Program-made: the position numbers and the translations under genes
Shown here: one piece after another, positions 51,401 to 58,824 of the stretch
Position numbering within the stretch: position 1 is the first letter of the stretch
Layout of the letters: the number at the start of each line of letters is the position of its first letter
NCBI GenBank assembly: GCA_026134085.1
Contig: JAOQIN010000002.1
Span: 4,859-68,858, forward strand
Length of the DNA stretch: 64,000 nt
DNA from: Candidatus Methanoxibalbensis ujae
Lineage (GTDB): Archaea > Halobacteriota > Syntropharchaeia > Alkanophagales > Methanospirareceae
Reading direction: 5' to 3'
The notes under the pieces: model-generated
Database searches by the model: none
The model's input: the letters and a program-made list of their open reading frames with translations, nothing else
Told to the model about the DNA's origin: nothing

Positions 51401-52697
51401 GCATCCAGAACTCCAGGCGATTCTGAATGCTTAAATTTTTATAAAGGATTCCCATGCAGTTTGAGTAATTATAAGCGGTGATTTTTGCTGAATACAATGA
51501 ATTATCCGGCGTATCATCAGATAGTGAGAAGTTACATGGCATCTCCACGCTGTAACGCACACACTTTTTCTTCCAGTCAAAACAATTTTTGCATTCAAAA
51601 TCATCAAAATAAGGAAATACGAGTTCGCCTGTGCTCCTTGAAGGTATGTCTGAGGCGTTCCAATACATCTTCACAACCTGCTTTCCCGGCTGAATCTCAG
51701 GAAGGAGAAGCCATATCCTGCTCTCTCCGGAGGTGTTCCATAACTCAACCCAGTATGGTATTGGCTCGGACCCTTTGACCGACTTGAAGGAGATATCGGC
51801 ACCTTTGACCTCGGAATAGTTGAATATTGAAGGATCAAGTTTCAGCAACACCGCATAATCATGAAGCGTGAGGTTCAGCGCATTATATACTGTGATGTTC
51901 TCACTGCGATTCCACGATATCTCATCAGAGACATCAACACAAACTGAAGTTCTGTTCAGCTCCTGCGTTCCATTGAAAACGGAGAAAGTGAGATCGTGAC
52001 GACCTTTCTCAGGTATCCAGCCAAAACAAACCTCCGATACATTTTCCACAGATACATTCCTGACCTGACTGTCATTCCCAACCTCATGACTGTTGTATGA
52101 AAACCTGACACTGAAATTACCTCTGCCATGAACACGAACACAGACGGGATAATACTCGTTCGCATACACAGGCGACGGAATCAAAGGATAAATCTTCACT
52201 GAGGTGTTTATTCTGTTTTTGTTTTTCTCCACGAAAATGGATGTGTTGCCGTCACTTTGATTCAGCGTGATGTTATGCGAGTTCAGCGTGATGTTATGAA
52301 TGTGCTGCGTAATGTTCATAATTTGCTGCGAGCTTGAATTTTGGAGAGGGTTTGAAGAAGAATTTGAGTTGTCAGGCGAGCTCCTGTCCGGCACGTGAGA
52401 GAGAACATGAGAGAGAGATTGTGAGTTTATTTTCTGTGCTGCGCTTGCTGTTGAGGAGATCATGGATGGGAGTGGCTCTGACAATGGCTCTGACAATGGC
52501 GACGCCAAACCCATCAAAATGCAAAAGATGCAGAGTAGAGATGCTGTGCGCATTCCATCGCCATCGTGCGATCGCTTCTCTCCGGAGAGCGGCATTTTTA
52601 CCCTCACTGTTAATTCTCTTTCATTTATAGTTTTCTTCTGAATAATAATTGTTATGTGTATGGATATAATAATTGGGGTTGGAGGAGAACTGCTCAA
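39483..52697 (-). CDS. giant multidomain surface protein (4,404-codon ORF; probable start MRTASLL at 52553)
   Basis: Signal peptide and three DUF2341-like modules (PYWVELWN..IWLLLP). There are more than 15 CARDB-like Ig repeats ending in E-x-NE-x-NN. It also has a right-handed beta-helix, an alpha/alpha-toroid region, a PQQ-like beta-propeller, a poly-Gly linker and a C-terminal TM with a basic tail. Confidence 0.85.
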   Translation of the reverse strand: MSSSPPTPIIISIHITIIIQKKTINERELTVRVKMPLSGEKRSHDGDGMRTASLLCIFCILMGLASPLSEPLSEPLPSMISSTASAAQKINSQSLSHVLSHVPDRSSPDNSNSSSNPLQNSSSQQIMNITQHIHNITLNSHNITLNQSDGNTSIFVEKNKNRINTSVKIYPLIPSPVYANEYYPVCVRVHGRGNFSVRFSYNSHEVGNDSQVRNVSVENVSEVCFGWIPEKGRHDLTFSVFNGTQELNRTSVCVDVSDEISWNRSENITVYNALNLTLHDYAVLLKLDPSIFNYSEVKGADISFKSVKGSEPIPYWVELWNTSGESRIWLLLPEIQPGKQVVKMYWNASDIPSRSTGELVFPYFDDFECKNCFDWKKKCVRYSVEMPCNFSLSDDTPDNSLYSAKITAYNYSNCMGILYKNLSIQNRLEFWMRTEGERNERLRAGAIVGNVSAGDFECVSETENVTDWHLVSVNLSEFVGTNTDLGFFAANNWWNYNVSILVDNVRLRKCAEREPFVDFGLADITISNISSRYRFCYANFPNQILVNVTDEGTADARNFTVALYVRDNDNVSGVSEPQEIANKTITVPHKSSKIVEFIWNPPEEGNYTLIVKADERNIVDELNETNNNKSWDVCVNSLKYWGFAFMKNVSLKPAIKNETVLLTLDPSIFDYAKVNPDGSDLRIKNDKGEDLPYWIEEWNTSGISRIWFRTDSNSSVVHLCYGNCTVNRRNETIIASFFEDWESPGLDKWLGNPPLDWWEDLRLHRSRCTDEPIEGNYSLKLSASNVGHAELYRELSMNVSNAFFCADARDESVSYMLGESLSYIIDVNISGKIYHLWYSLSNQLPEDTDDTLYFAFYPRPEGHVWHIHRNLREDLRSKGIEVPEFFNITRIALRVECKSSLYSEKSTGYFDNIAIFGMNHSVVCANIGEPELNVSVENATFYANATSDMRVLVENRGEADANVTVRMTICDENASVVFDDVRGGEVPHRSSRTFSFRWTPIHAGNYSLNVSLFQLQNESERISKRIRVNPDLEWRYNTTVKINVRGDNLSDVAVPIELSPDVYNRSLKDGSDIRVFRGEEEVPFWVAWFSPNGSVIFTNVSVPCTPRIFYGCPACADVLSPSNASAVASFYEDWSNYIEYGEHIHFYGWSNPRLCSADGFVRERNGSLVMNITRSCPYDLSGSRVKSVCMSHETDISSYAPILSARMKVMNSTSSITNAYLEVRVEVSGHPYALRYGYIPVESGEYDFNITPPDGKWHHIYRNLRDDLESRGVVVGDDAIKVESIGLSIYGKGNIRGEVMFDDIAILNSHHSIVVGSMERPNLRVHFVSAPEEARLNRTVPVVLDVTNPGSNASAFNISLTSSKSGYTMTKRIPGIESMSNLTVQFNWTPSRDDIPGTTLTAVVDSADEIEEANENDNKAIADVSITAPELFIINVSMLGSELKYCFVNASNTIEVTVKNDGPALKWHDSLGKWVIDWSKPLPAPLDNESFNVTLIARKGDAEDIVTRRVGVKMEEIKERYYTGDRPPNDIAIFSYYIGKLQLNWTPRSKGKYNLTFILDSSDEIAERDESNNTYNTSVEVIGRSDLYVKRVNVNGIPYRNFTVPVWVFVMNRGDIKVPLNVTFIATAANATNATDAADNSTSITKRVEISPDEVGKVEFKFVPEYTGTYNISVFVDANDEIPEANESNNTYSFSINVSEAPLSPPETPFLLSGNITYEDGSACEVANVSVSANYYRSMSENSSYWIFMPAPPSLCFDVLCFDLTASDQGGSTNTSSICLNRSTVNQGYLNFNITLPLDMPDIVLEMLKVRKKTLVKEKCPVNVTISNQGKSFNDTFNVSFIVKNETALGKEFVVNITNRTINGLKYGESRDISFEFKSDDPGKFHVCVHADASDAIKERNEENNERCAEFYFTSADLIVERVEPCDVFNDVFVNVSNDINVTIANIGDYDISWRYDFAPVSVMFEVLRNGSVIDRDYGTLSEINRSERKVLRFNWTPAATGNYTLSVKVDSSDNIVETNESNNVNSTCVEVKEATKINMLMYTGGGAVIYDSLYVVRNATIFEATCKFCEKHGLEAPKCEDNIITEVAGFSEPKLWIYDERNGTWIPEEANASLIVSQKTYGWSPLDLNLLGVYPKPDFVPSRMEMPRTLYLGRQIPVNVTIENRGYVGINANVSLYVRQFAEKAGENFSLQDFGTVYVPSGGNASLTLKWLAADYGLYEILVSVDDGNFVDELDETNNNLSEVREVVRGRVIDVPRDFSTIEEAVEDAAPGTVIYVHDGTYLGFTVENKHNITITGEGWNVFVGEVYINKIEGYILKGINIKNSSDITIKNFTIRFTSPGYNCDEVDKLLSITNSERITIDNCRIYGDGQPNINIINSSHCIISNSILYLADKQMFEIGPRVLSPAIYIDERSHENIIRDNTLCKLLGGIRVEGKHNKIFHNNLYYTYGFHMGAHRIAPIASDGGYDNSWDHNYWGRFHIVDWGKGIYAWERCYPRTDNNSDDIYDEWYASPEPWKGEPVIDHYPAIEPFNTELDASIEGFVVPNRIYRGVNNSVYVLIRRKAGIGLVNESKFNITLLARKDGAWNKISNTTLHIGGIFEGFDVKKRSVFQWKPDDAGEYEIKAIITSDIEDINETNNEFAVEVEVDEAPSFVGSLREQWHPPDVKGPRRNAISPAIAVMAAFARGSDPQSYDWFDDRCEQWVKDSLKYGAQISLRSAGEWAARTMSVVASGERPHDFAGINFIGATERFYNGANMSGYDVAWNDAYTLMALASTRTFKRELVENVTKDLISRQHEDGHWEFVGAYMEGKASDTAVAVQALCAVRSFLNELNETLGEAVDASIEKGLSYLREVQNEDGIFSRFGDDPSAIATARVLQAFIAAGYGNDSSALNAAEYLNSSKQNIERYLFFVNASIFVEELNNGTLNKTLPELHSIFEDYHLEFTENSSEVSVEVINASSTWKVKDEENKHIYMFRAGEMEEFGRVIYIYEVLSGWEELPVDEYNMRITALNGEPYPVAIEILRERPLPDLSVERVDAPAYAIEGANCTISAFVKNNGGVIPVTLIDNGKAVSTMQTGDVWAEGMKTVSFKWRPESAGSHNITVFADYFNEVEERDESNNAFSISVLVKHPDLMPLEMHAETSIVNLTNEVVVKIRGRTDERFSVALYDEKELQDMKEINGIGSENREEIVEFSLNWTPSHVGVHNLTVFVDCNDAVQESNENNNNLTKMVWVSSPDLNVREMRVPTIYANATNPIYVEIGGVARCFNVSLLICNISGGNGTGISTNEEWHLVDKLNLRAERADERFDVVLHWKPNRTGEYKVRVFVDSDDEVIERDETNNNETESVNVVLPDLKPVNVVLPPHIFFNESNRIKLNISGAGDNFNVSMMINSMIINGSGSINGSIKNESEEIVQHVDTFYGNTTVEFNWIPGRIGTLNISFFVDCNDSMYESNETNNNLTVKVDVVERVPVEIIAPKGGERWSGVRKIRWSAPFNRTLYINLWYSPDRGRRWFEIAHAIENRGEYSWDTRNVADGFDYKIKVEAYGEYAYGEAVSNTFMILNSGAEKSWSGFHTNAGFALTTTPNAPTLLWCSADVGAVPSSSLIVVNNRIYVFCTDGTSGWVTCLDAEEGRPIWKSTPRGLWKYSSWLTPAYYSGKIYVPMGGTVFLMKTEGASAEPIGSVPAAALHEIDADSGESKVQYYLAGSVKEDISGVNGGALAAYNSVFFGTYSNGTYYCYRVDGTNRYNFTGEYACSVANVSQEDVDFVAVGDPDSVLGWKYSGGVSSWKSGEHAWSLKVSEGAAMSTPGAALGNLYLGSANYKGSSGGGALYCVNPETGEVKWKHGFPSGVFSSITTVGGEVYLTTYGFYESTSGIYCVDAHKGSLIWNKEWQDNGRPTDSTPAYASFDEGSFVYIAGAGYNLEDNYVTCFDVEESRSYGRGVIKWDLPSEGKEGNIKDEEGKWHRIGHWTNSPVVSIDKKVFVGEPVVEESVSGMVFDYAGLWCLDALTGELKWRTDYGGSTVAIVEGVIYTTGGGKVWAIGSLKKPDIVVDEIDAEEEGKKICGGIETPVKVWVKNTGEAPVNESFSVSLSYSCGGGYGGGTIGEETVDAPLEPGERKAVEFLWIPPEVSQQTKCMLQAEANADRKAYESDLTNNMLTENVTVYPMMPDIWVSIKAPSQVYVGDEVQISVKVVNNGSDSENVTLKINVSDGESWYEHRQLLRKDEIWSIEKEWTPDREGNYTIFAFADPADIIEEYDESNNMRSVNITVLPVQPTPTPFGFEPGEGPGGGGGSGGGFGGGRGAGMGEGSGAGSGPGEGAGAAGKKEGGARIPINLSEMRESVKKLIRGFPLSIESGEQKGGGGGGGGGGVNWILLLIIAIMLMLILMGYLRERRAYRKSRKK

Positions 52698-54201
52698 GCT
52701 GTATGTTGTCAGAGAGTGAGAGGAATGAAAGCCCGCTGACCGCGGGAAATGTGATGATGGGTGGTTGTTTTAATAATAAATAATCTGGCTGAATTATGGA
52801 TCCGGTGGATAAATGAAGAATGAAGAGATAAGCACGATAAGAATACCCATAGTTTGGGATTCTCGCACATCCACACTTCAGCGGAGTTATCCTTATGTTC
52901 ATATTATTGAAGATCTCAAACTTCTCCCAAAAATTCAACAAGCTGACCCAAAAAGAGAGAAGTAATAAGCGACATCACGGATGGGAAAAAGATCGAAGAA
53001 AAGACTGGAAGAAGCCGGCAGATAAGGGATGGATTTCGCAGGGGAAATTGAGAAGAGAGGGTCAGATTTGTCGCAGTGAAGAGGGAGAACATAACAGCGA
53101 TGAGGAAGCAGATAACTTCTGATTGAAGTTTAGTGAGCAGGAGAAGCTCAGCTGTTGAGATAATCCCTGGTGGCTTTCATATTCTATCAGCCAATGGGGT
53201 GATGGAGACTATAGTTAATATAATAATAATAATAAAGTTGAAATCGGAAGGTAAGAAGTTTGGAAAGAATTTATAGTTACATAGAGAAACTGGAAGACAC
53301 GCAGGCGGTATTTTTTTGTATTTCCGGTAATGTAAAAGAGTCATGGCCAAGAAAGATGTATATCTGTGATTCCGGTATTTCAACGATATTCCGATTCAGT
53401 GGGGATATAGGGAGAGGAAGATTGATGAGAACGCGGTCTTCTTAGGCTAAAGAGGAAGCAAAATGAAAGACCGTGGTTGGAAATTTATCACTACCGCGCC
53501 AGCAAAGGGAAGTGGGAGCTCAAAGGCTTCAGACGAGTTCAACTGTAAAAGATTGGATTATACCGGGATTATGAGGACGAATTAGCGGTAAAAAACAGGC
53601 TAATAAAATGCGTTCCTCTGTGGAAGTGGCTTATTGCTAACCTGTAATGAACCGCAAAGTAAGGGTGATATGGATATGTGGGGGGTCTTTGTCACAGTCT
53701 TCATCGTTCTGGCAGTTACTGCTACCAAGAGTAGCGAGGAGGTAGAAATGCAGAAGAAGGGTGCGAGGAGAGGGGAGGAAGAGCTGTAAATATAAATAGA
53801 AGTGATGTAAAGGGAATAACAATCCCTCTATTGTTTGTTTTTTCAGGTTTTTAGGGCCATATTGCTTATGACCTCTTCAGCTTCAGCCACTGCAATAATT
53901 ACAATAGGCGATAGCAATAGCGATATGTTCTCTGAAGCCAATGTTACTGTTACCGTTCCACTTAATATTGAAGACGTTGCTGCGGAGATAGAGGTGAAGG
54001 CAGTGGGGGGAGCAAACGAGAGTAGTGAGCTGGAGTTGGAAGCAAAAAAACTGGCGAGGGGGAAACGGAAAAAGCACTTTCAGCGGCGATATGGATATGA
54101 GGTTTGGGGTTGTGCCACTGCTGGTTTTGGTTATTACAGGTATGCGGCAGCGGCAGTATGGCATAAAATTAAAAAATAAAAAAGAGGGCAGTAGGAATAG
54201 T

Positions 54202-55308
54202 TTATTCTCTTTTCTTCCTTACAGTTGTTCTTATACTCACTGCAGCGATTACCGAAAGCAAGCCTACAAGTGCTGTTAGTCCGATTGGCGTTATTGTCGG
54301 GACGGGTGCTGGTGGCGCTGGAATAGCATACAAGTATTGTGTTACACTTACGGTTTCCCCGGGAGATAATTCTATTGCAGTTGTTTCATTATTTCCCCAG
54401 AGATACGTTATAGCACTATCATTACCCGGCCCTGCGATGATTCGTCCGGCAGGTGTGAAATCGAATGCAAAATCATACACACCAGGTGATGGCATGCTTC
54501 CCCAGGCTGCAAATTGCAAGAGGTCAGGTGGAGTTGGCGGTGGTGAGAGTGTCGCTGGTCCTGTCACTGTTCCAACAATAGTAAATATTGGATTAGCAGG
54601 GTCATTTGTTGTCTCATAACTCTCAAAGGTAGGCAGAGCCCATTCTTGTTCTGTATCGATCCAAGGTCCATTTGGGTTTCTTTCTGCAAACCACGAGCCA
54701 TCCGCCCCATCAATCATTATATCCCATTCATATCTTATGCCTATGCGCACAGATTCGTTGCCAATATTTGTCACATTGGTTGTTACTCTAACTCTCGAAT
54801 CAGCAACAGTTGTCCCTTCTATGGCGATAATTTGCGTGATATTAAGAGCATCTGGTCCTACAGCCCCTGTGAACCAGGATGTGGTTACTGAAGTGGCTGT
54901 GGGAACAATATTTACATTGGCAGGATCTAGATTGACTACTGTAAATCCAGGTGTTGTACTGGGAGATGACGTAGTTGTGACATAATCCGTGTTCGTTGTG
55001 TATGATCTCACCGTCAAATACGAACTCCACGCATCGTGATCAGCTCCACCGAAAAGTATATCCTGATTTGGCTGAGGGAATCCGGAACCTGTGCCAACAG
55101 TATAGGTACCAATTCCATCACTACCCAAAGTGTCTTCCACGGTTACATCGTATATATTATTGCTTACAACAATATCTGCACTACTGGCTTGGAAGGAGTC
55201 GCTTGGTTTTGGCTTTGGTGCTGCACTTGCCATCGGGCTCATCGCCGCAAACGCCGAAATCGCTAATATCGCTGCAATAATCCCTATTTTTCTCTTTTTG
55301 TTATCCAT
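54202..55308 (-). CDS. secreted protein with VPxxxP-type C-terminal sorting/anchor signal
   Basis: Signal peptide ending ASAAP, a T/S/N-rich beta-type body, and a C-terminal PAPVPTITPIGLTALVGLLSVIAAVSIRTTVRKKRE. Confidence 0.6.
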   Translation of the reverse strand: MDNKKRKIGIIAAILAISAFAAMSPMASAAPKPKPSDSFQASSADIVVSNNIYDVTVEDTLGSDGIGTYTVGTGSGFPQPNQDILFGGADHDAWSSYLTVRSYTTNTDYVTTTSSPSTTPGFTVVNLDPANVNIVPTATSVTTSWFTGAVGPDALNITQIIAIEGTTVADSRVRVTTNVTNIGNESVRIGIRYEWDIMIDGADGSWFAERNPNGPWIDTEQEWALPTFESYETTNDPANPIFTIVGTVTGPATLSPPPTPPDLLQFAAWGSMPSPGVYDFAFDFTPAGRIIAGPGNDSAITYLWGNNETTAIELSPGETVSVTQYLYAIPAPPAPVPTITPIGLTALVGLLSVIAAVSIRTTVRKKRE

Positions 55309-55334
55309 TTTTTTATTTGTTTTACCTTAAGAAG

Positions 55335-55350
55335 TTATATAAAACTTTCG
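55335..55350 (-). promoter_or_regulatory. BRE/TATA promoter for the 54202-55308 gene
   Basis: The minus strand reads CGAAAG-TTTTATATAA about 32 nt upstream of the ATG at 55308. This fits an archaeal BRE+TATA with a short or leaderless mRNA. Confidence 0.4.
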
Positions 55351-55488
55351 GTAAGTTCAGTAATTCCGAATGAGAAACTTCACACGAAAAACGAAATAAA
55401 AAAGGGAGGGAGAAGTGGCAGCTTGAGGGCAGGATACCTCTTCCTCACAGTCCACAGAGATTGCACAGAGGTCTCAACTATCACGATC

Positions 55489-56589
55489 CTATAAAACATT
55501 TCCATGCCTGTCTATTTCACCTCTTTTAATTCTTGTTGCTGAGATCACCATGCCATCTTCGGCGAGAAGATGAGGAACTTTCACTATTTTTATCTCCTTT
55601 TTGCCCTTTTCACGCCTCAATTTATTTATTTTGAGTGCGACATTGTAAGTTTCTGGGGAAATAACAATATAATCAAAATCCTCGTCAAGTGTCACGCCAT
55701 ATCTGTCATTCAATTCCACGATCCTGACATTCACATGGTATTTCCTGCGCATATATTGGCGGAGATTCTCTGCACGCGCTTTAAACGAAAGCACAGCGCG
55801 CTCCCTTTTTATCCGTGCGAATGTGTCGGATGTCAATCCTATTGTGATATATCCGCCCGCGCTCAGCTCATAAACAGTTTCAAGCAGCATCTTGTGTCCG
55901 TCATGAAGAGTGTCAAATGTGCCTCCGACAGCAATCCGCCTCCCTGGAGATGTCTCTTTTTTTATGGTTTCAAGCCTGCGCCTTATCGCACGCCAGTGAC
56001 TGCCCTCCCAATATATCCTGCCACAACCCTCACAAACCCAGAAATCAGTCCTGTGTATGAGCGCCTTGGGCACATATTCCCTGTTGATGAGCAGTTCCTC
56101 AACCTCATCCTCCCTGACCAGGCGGATGGGCGCATTGCACTCACTGCACCTCCTGGCAACAGGCTCAAGATTCAAATTCAAACAGGAGGCGAGCTCTCTC
56201 AACTGCTCGTTCAAATCATCACTGCGCAATAGTATGCACATCGCTCCACGCGCTCTCGCATGTGTCGCAAGCTGCTTGTCCCTGGTCAGCAATATTCGGC
56301 GCTCCTTTAGCGCAAGATTCAGTATGAGATTGTCCTCAATGTCGCCATGGGCCTCATCGCCATGGGTCTCATCGCCATGCGTCTCACCGTCATCATTCAG
56401 CCGCTGCAGAACCTGTCCCGCATATATCGTATCATATCCCAAAATGCGCAGCCACACACATAATTTGCCGAGCATCCTGTCAGCAATGAAAGACACATCA
56501 TCACAAGCACGATCATCATCTGCATCACATCCATATTCCGCATCAGCTCCTTCAGCATCAGCAGATACCCGCCCTCGCTTCCCCCTCAT
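55489..56589 (-). CDS. fusion protein: Mut7-C (DUF82) RNase-like domain + archaeal phosphopantetheine adenylyltransferase
   Basis: N-terminal FIADRMLGKLCVWLRILGYDT with CSECN...CEGCGRIYWEGSHW (Mut7-C plus Zn ribbon). C-terminal GGTFDTLHDGH cytidylyltransferase motif. Confidence 0.75.
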   Translation of the reverse strand: MRGKRGRVSADAEGADAEYGCDADDDRACDDVSFIADRMLGKLCVWLRILGYDTIYAGQVLQRLNDDGETHGDETHGDEAHGDIEDNLILNLALKERRILLTRDKQLATHARARGAMCILLRSDDLNEQLRELASCLNLNLEPVARRCSECNAPIRLVREDEVEELLINREYVPKALIHRTDFWVCEGCGRIYWEGSHWRAIRRRLETIKKETSPGRRIAVGGTFDTLHDGHKMLLETVYELSAGGYITIGLTSDTFARIKRERAVLSFKARAENLRQYMRRKYHVNVRIVELNDRYGVTLDEDFDYIVISPETYNVALKINKLRREKGKKEIKIVKVPHLLAEDGMVISATRIKRGEIDRHGNVL

Positions 56590-56740
56590 AATACATCAAA
56601 GTGATCAAAGCCACATTAAAACCTCCGCACCGTGCTCGGCTCGCTCAGCTGGAGACGATCTTCTCTCTCTTTTTCGCTTTTTTATTGATAATAACATCCC
56701 TACATTTTGTCTGTAAGAGTTCATCAATTCAACTATAAAT

Positions 56741-57583
56741 TCAACCCCGACAACGGCTTTCTACAATAATTTTCATGACATCTTCAACAGTGCTCTTTGG
56801 AGCGACAACTGCATTTAATCCATGAGATGCGATTGTTTCAGCAGTTGGACTGCCAATAGCAATTATTTTTGATGATTTCAGCACATCTTCAACATCCTTT
56901 CTCATGTCAAATGCATCTGCGAGTTCCATGAGCGATTTGAATGTGAGCGAGCTTGTGAACACGACGAAATCTGGCTTGAATGCGATGAGAGATTGAAGTT
57001 CCATTTTTTTTTCGGGCGTTTTCATCAGTATGGGCTCGTATACTGCGATATCACGGACATATGCGCCTTTCTCACGCAGGAAATTGCTGAGCTTCTGCGA
57101 ACCCGCTGAGCTACGAAGCAGAAGCACCCGCTTTCCCTCTGTGATCTCAGAGAGCATGCGCATAAGACCTCGAGAGCTGTAATCTCCGTCAGGCATGAGC
57201 ACGTGGTCAAATCCATGCCGCCTGAGCTCTCGCATTGTGGCGGGACCTATTGCGCAGATTTTAGCAGATGAAAGTGCGAGACGCAGGTCTATTCTGCCAG
57301 CACATGTTTTGAAGGCATGTTTCACTCCATTTTCACTCGTGAATATAACGAAATCCGGCGCTCCATCTCTCAGAAATTCCGCTATCTCATCACATGCTCC
57401 CTCGCATGTGCGCAGCTCAAAAACAGAAAAGCCAAAAAATTCACAGCAATACCTCTCCACAACCTCTTTTGTCCGCTTGAGAGCACCTTCAGGACGAAAA
57501 AAGACGACTTTCCTCATCATCCTCAGCTTTCCTCCTTCAACATCCGAATCTGCTCTGCTGTCACCACGCATGCAGCCAATCAC
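56741..57583 (-). CDS. hemD: uroporphyrinogen-III synthase
   Basis: HemD-like two-lobed pattern (VVFFRPE..., FTSENGV, IGPAT, VFTSSLT, IGSPTA). The true start is probably the internal MMRK. Confidence 0.75.
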   Translation of the reverse strand: MIGCMRGDSRADSDVEGGKLRMMRKVVFFRPEGALKRTKEVVERYCCEFFGFSVFELRTCEGACDEIAEFLRDGAPDFVIFTSENGVKHAFKTCAGRIDLRLALSSAKICAIGPATMRELRRHGFDHVLMPDGDYSSRGLMRMLSEITEGKRVLLLRSSAGSQKLSNFLREKGAYVRDIAVYEPILMKTPEKKMELQSLIAFKPDFVVFTSSLTFKSLMELADAFDMRKDVEDVLKSSKIIAIGSPTAETIASHGLNAVVAPKSTVEDVMKIIVESRCRG

Positions 57584-57597
57584 TCACACGCGTGATG

Positions 57598-58824
57598 TCA
57601 GAGCGTTTCACCTGCGAGTGCTTCAGCAGCTATGAATATGTCCTTATCTCCTCTTCCGGAGAGGTTGACGACTATGATATACTCCCTGCCTCTGTTCTTT
57701 TTTGCAAGTTTTATTGCGCAATGGATTGCGTGTGCGGATTCGAGAGCTGGTATGATTCCCTCCTTTTCAGCGAGTATTTTGAATGCTGTGAGTGTTTCAT
57801 TGTCTGTCGCGGCAGTCATTTTGACACGCCCCTGCTCAGCGAGGAACACGAGTTCAGGACCCACGCCCGGATAGTCAAGACCTGCGGCAATGCTGTATGA
57901 CTGATTTATCTGCCCGTATTCATCCTGAAGCAGCTTTGAGAACATGCCATGAAGGACGCCATCTTCGCCTGCGCATATTGAAGCTCCGTGCATACCTGTG
58001 TGGAGACCACGTCCGGCAGCCTCAACGCCTATGAGCTCCACATCATCCTCTATGAAGTCATAGAAAATACCCATAGCGTTGCTTCCGCCGCCGACACATG
58101 CTACAATAACATCGGGGAGCCTGCCTTCCGCCTCAATTATCTGCTTTCTCGTCTCAATACCTATGACACGCTGAAACTCACGGACGATGAGAGGATACGG
58201 ATGCGGTCCTACAACGCTTCCTATCAGATAATAAGTGTGCTCAACATTTGTCACCCAGTCTCTTAAAGCCTCATTTATCGCATCCTTCAGCGTTTTTGAG
58301 CCTTTATCAACAGGAATCACATTCGCACCGAGAAGCTTCATGCGGAAAACATTCAACCGCTGACGCTCAATGTCCTCAGTGCCCATGTATATATCGCATT
58401 TCAATCGCAACTTCACAGCTGCCATGGCAGTCGCGACGCCGTGCTGTCCGGCTCCTGTCTCGGCTATCACTCGCTCCTTTCCCATTTTTTTTGCGAGCAA
58501 TGCTTGACCGAGCGTGTTGTTCATCTTGTGTGCGCCACCATGCACCAAATCCTCCCTTTTCAGATATATCCTGACACGCCCTGATGGATCGCAGAATGAT
58601 GAGAGATTCTCCGCAAAATACAGAGGCGTCGGTCTTCCTGCATATGTCCGCAGTAGATTGTCAAGCTCCGCGTTGAACGATTTATCCTCATGAAACTTGA
58701 AGAACGCATGCTCCAGCTCGTCAAGCGCGGATATGAGAACCTCAGGCGCAAACCTCCCCCCATATCTGCCGAACTTTCCCGATTCGTCAGGTTGCAATTG
58801 CATTTTGCATCCTACCTCTTTCAT
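57598..58824 (-). CDS. trpB: tryptophan synthase beta chain
   Basis: [22 protein letters not shown] and GGGSNAMG motifs. Confidence 0.95.
   Translation of the reverse strand: MKEVGCKMQLQPDESGKFGRYGGRFAPEVLISALDELEHAFFKFHEDKSFNAELDNLLRTYAGRPTPLYFAENLSSFCDPSGRVRIYLKREDLVHGGAHKMNNTLGQALLAKKMGKERVIAETGAGQHGVATAMAAVKLRLKCDIYMGTEDIERQRLNVFRMKLLGANVIPVDKGSKTLKDAINEALRDWVTNVEHTYYLIGSVVGPHPYPLIVREFQRVIGIETRKQIIEAEGRLPDVIVACVGGGSNAMGIFYDFIEDDVELIGVEAAGRGLHTGMHGASICAGEDGVLHGMFSKLLQDEYGQINQSYSIAAGLDYPGVGPELVFLAEQGRVKMTAATDNETLTAFKILAEKEGIIPALESAHAIHCAIKLAKKNRGREYIIVVNLSGRGDKDIFIAAEALAGETL

Noticed and set aside
39538-52630. Dozens of + strand ORFs of 60-150 aa inside 39.5-52.7 kb
   Set aside because: All lie antisense to the single continuous 4,404-codon ORF, whose translation shows repeated recognisable domains.
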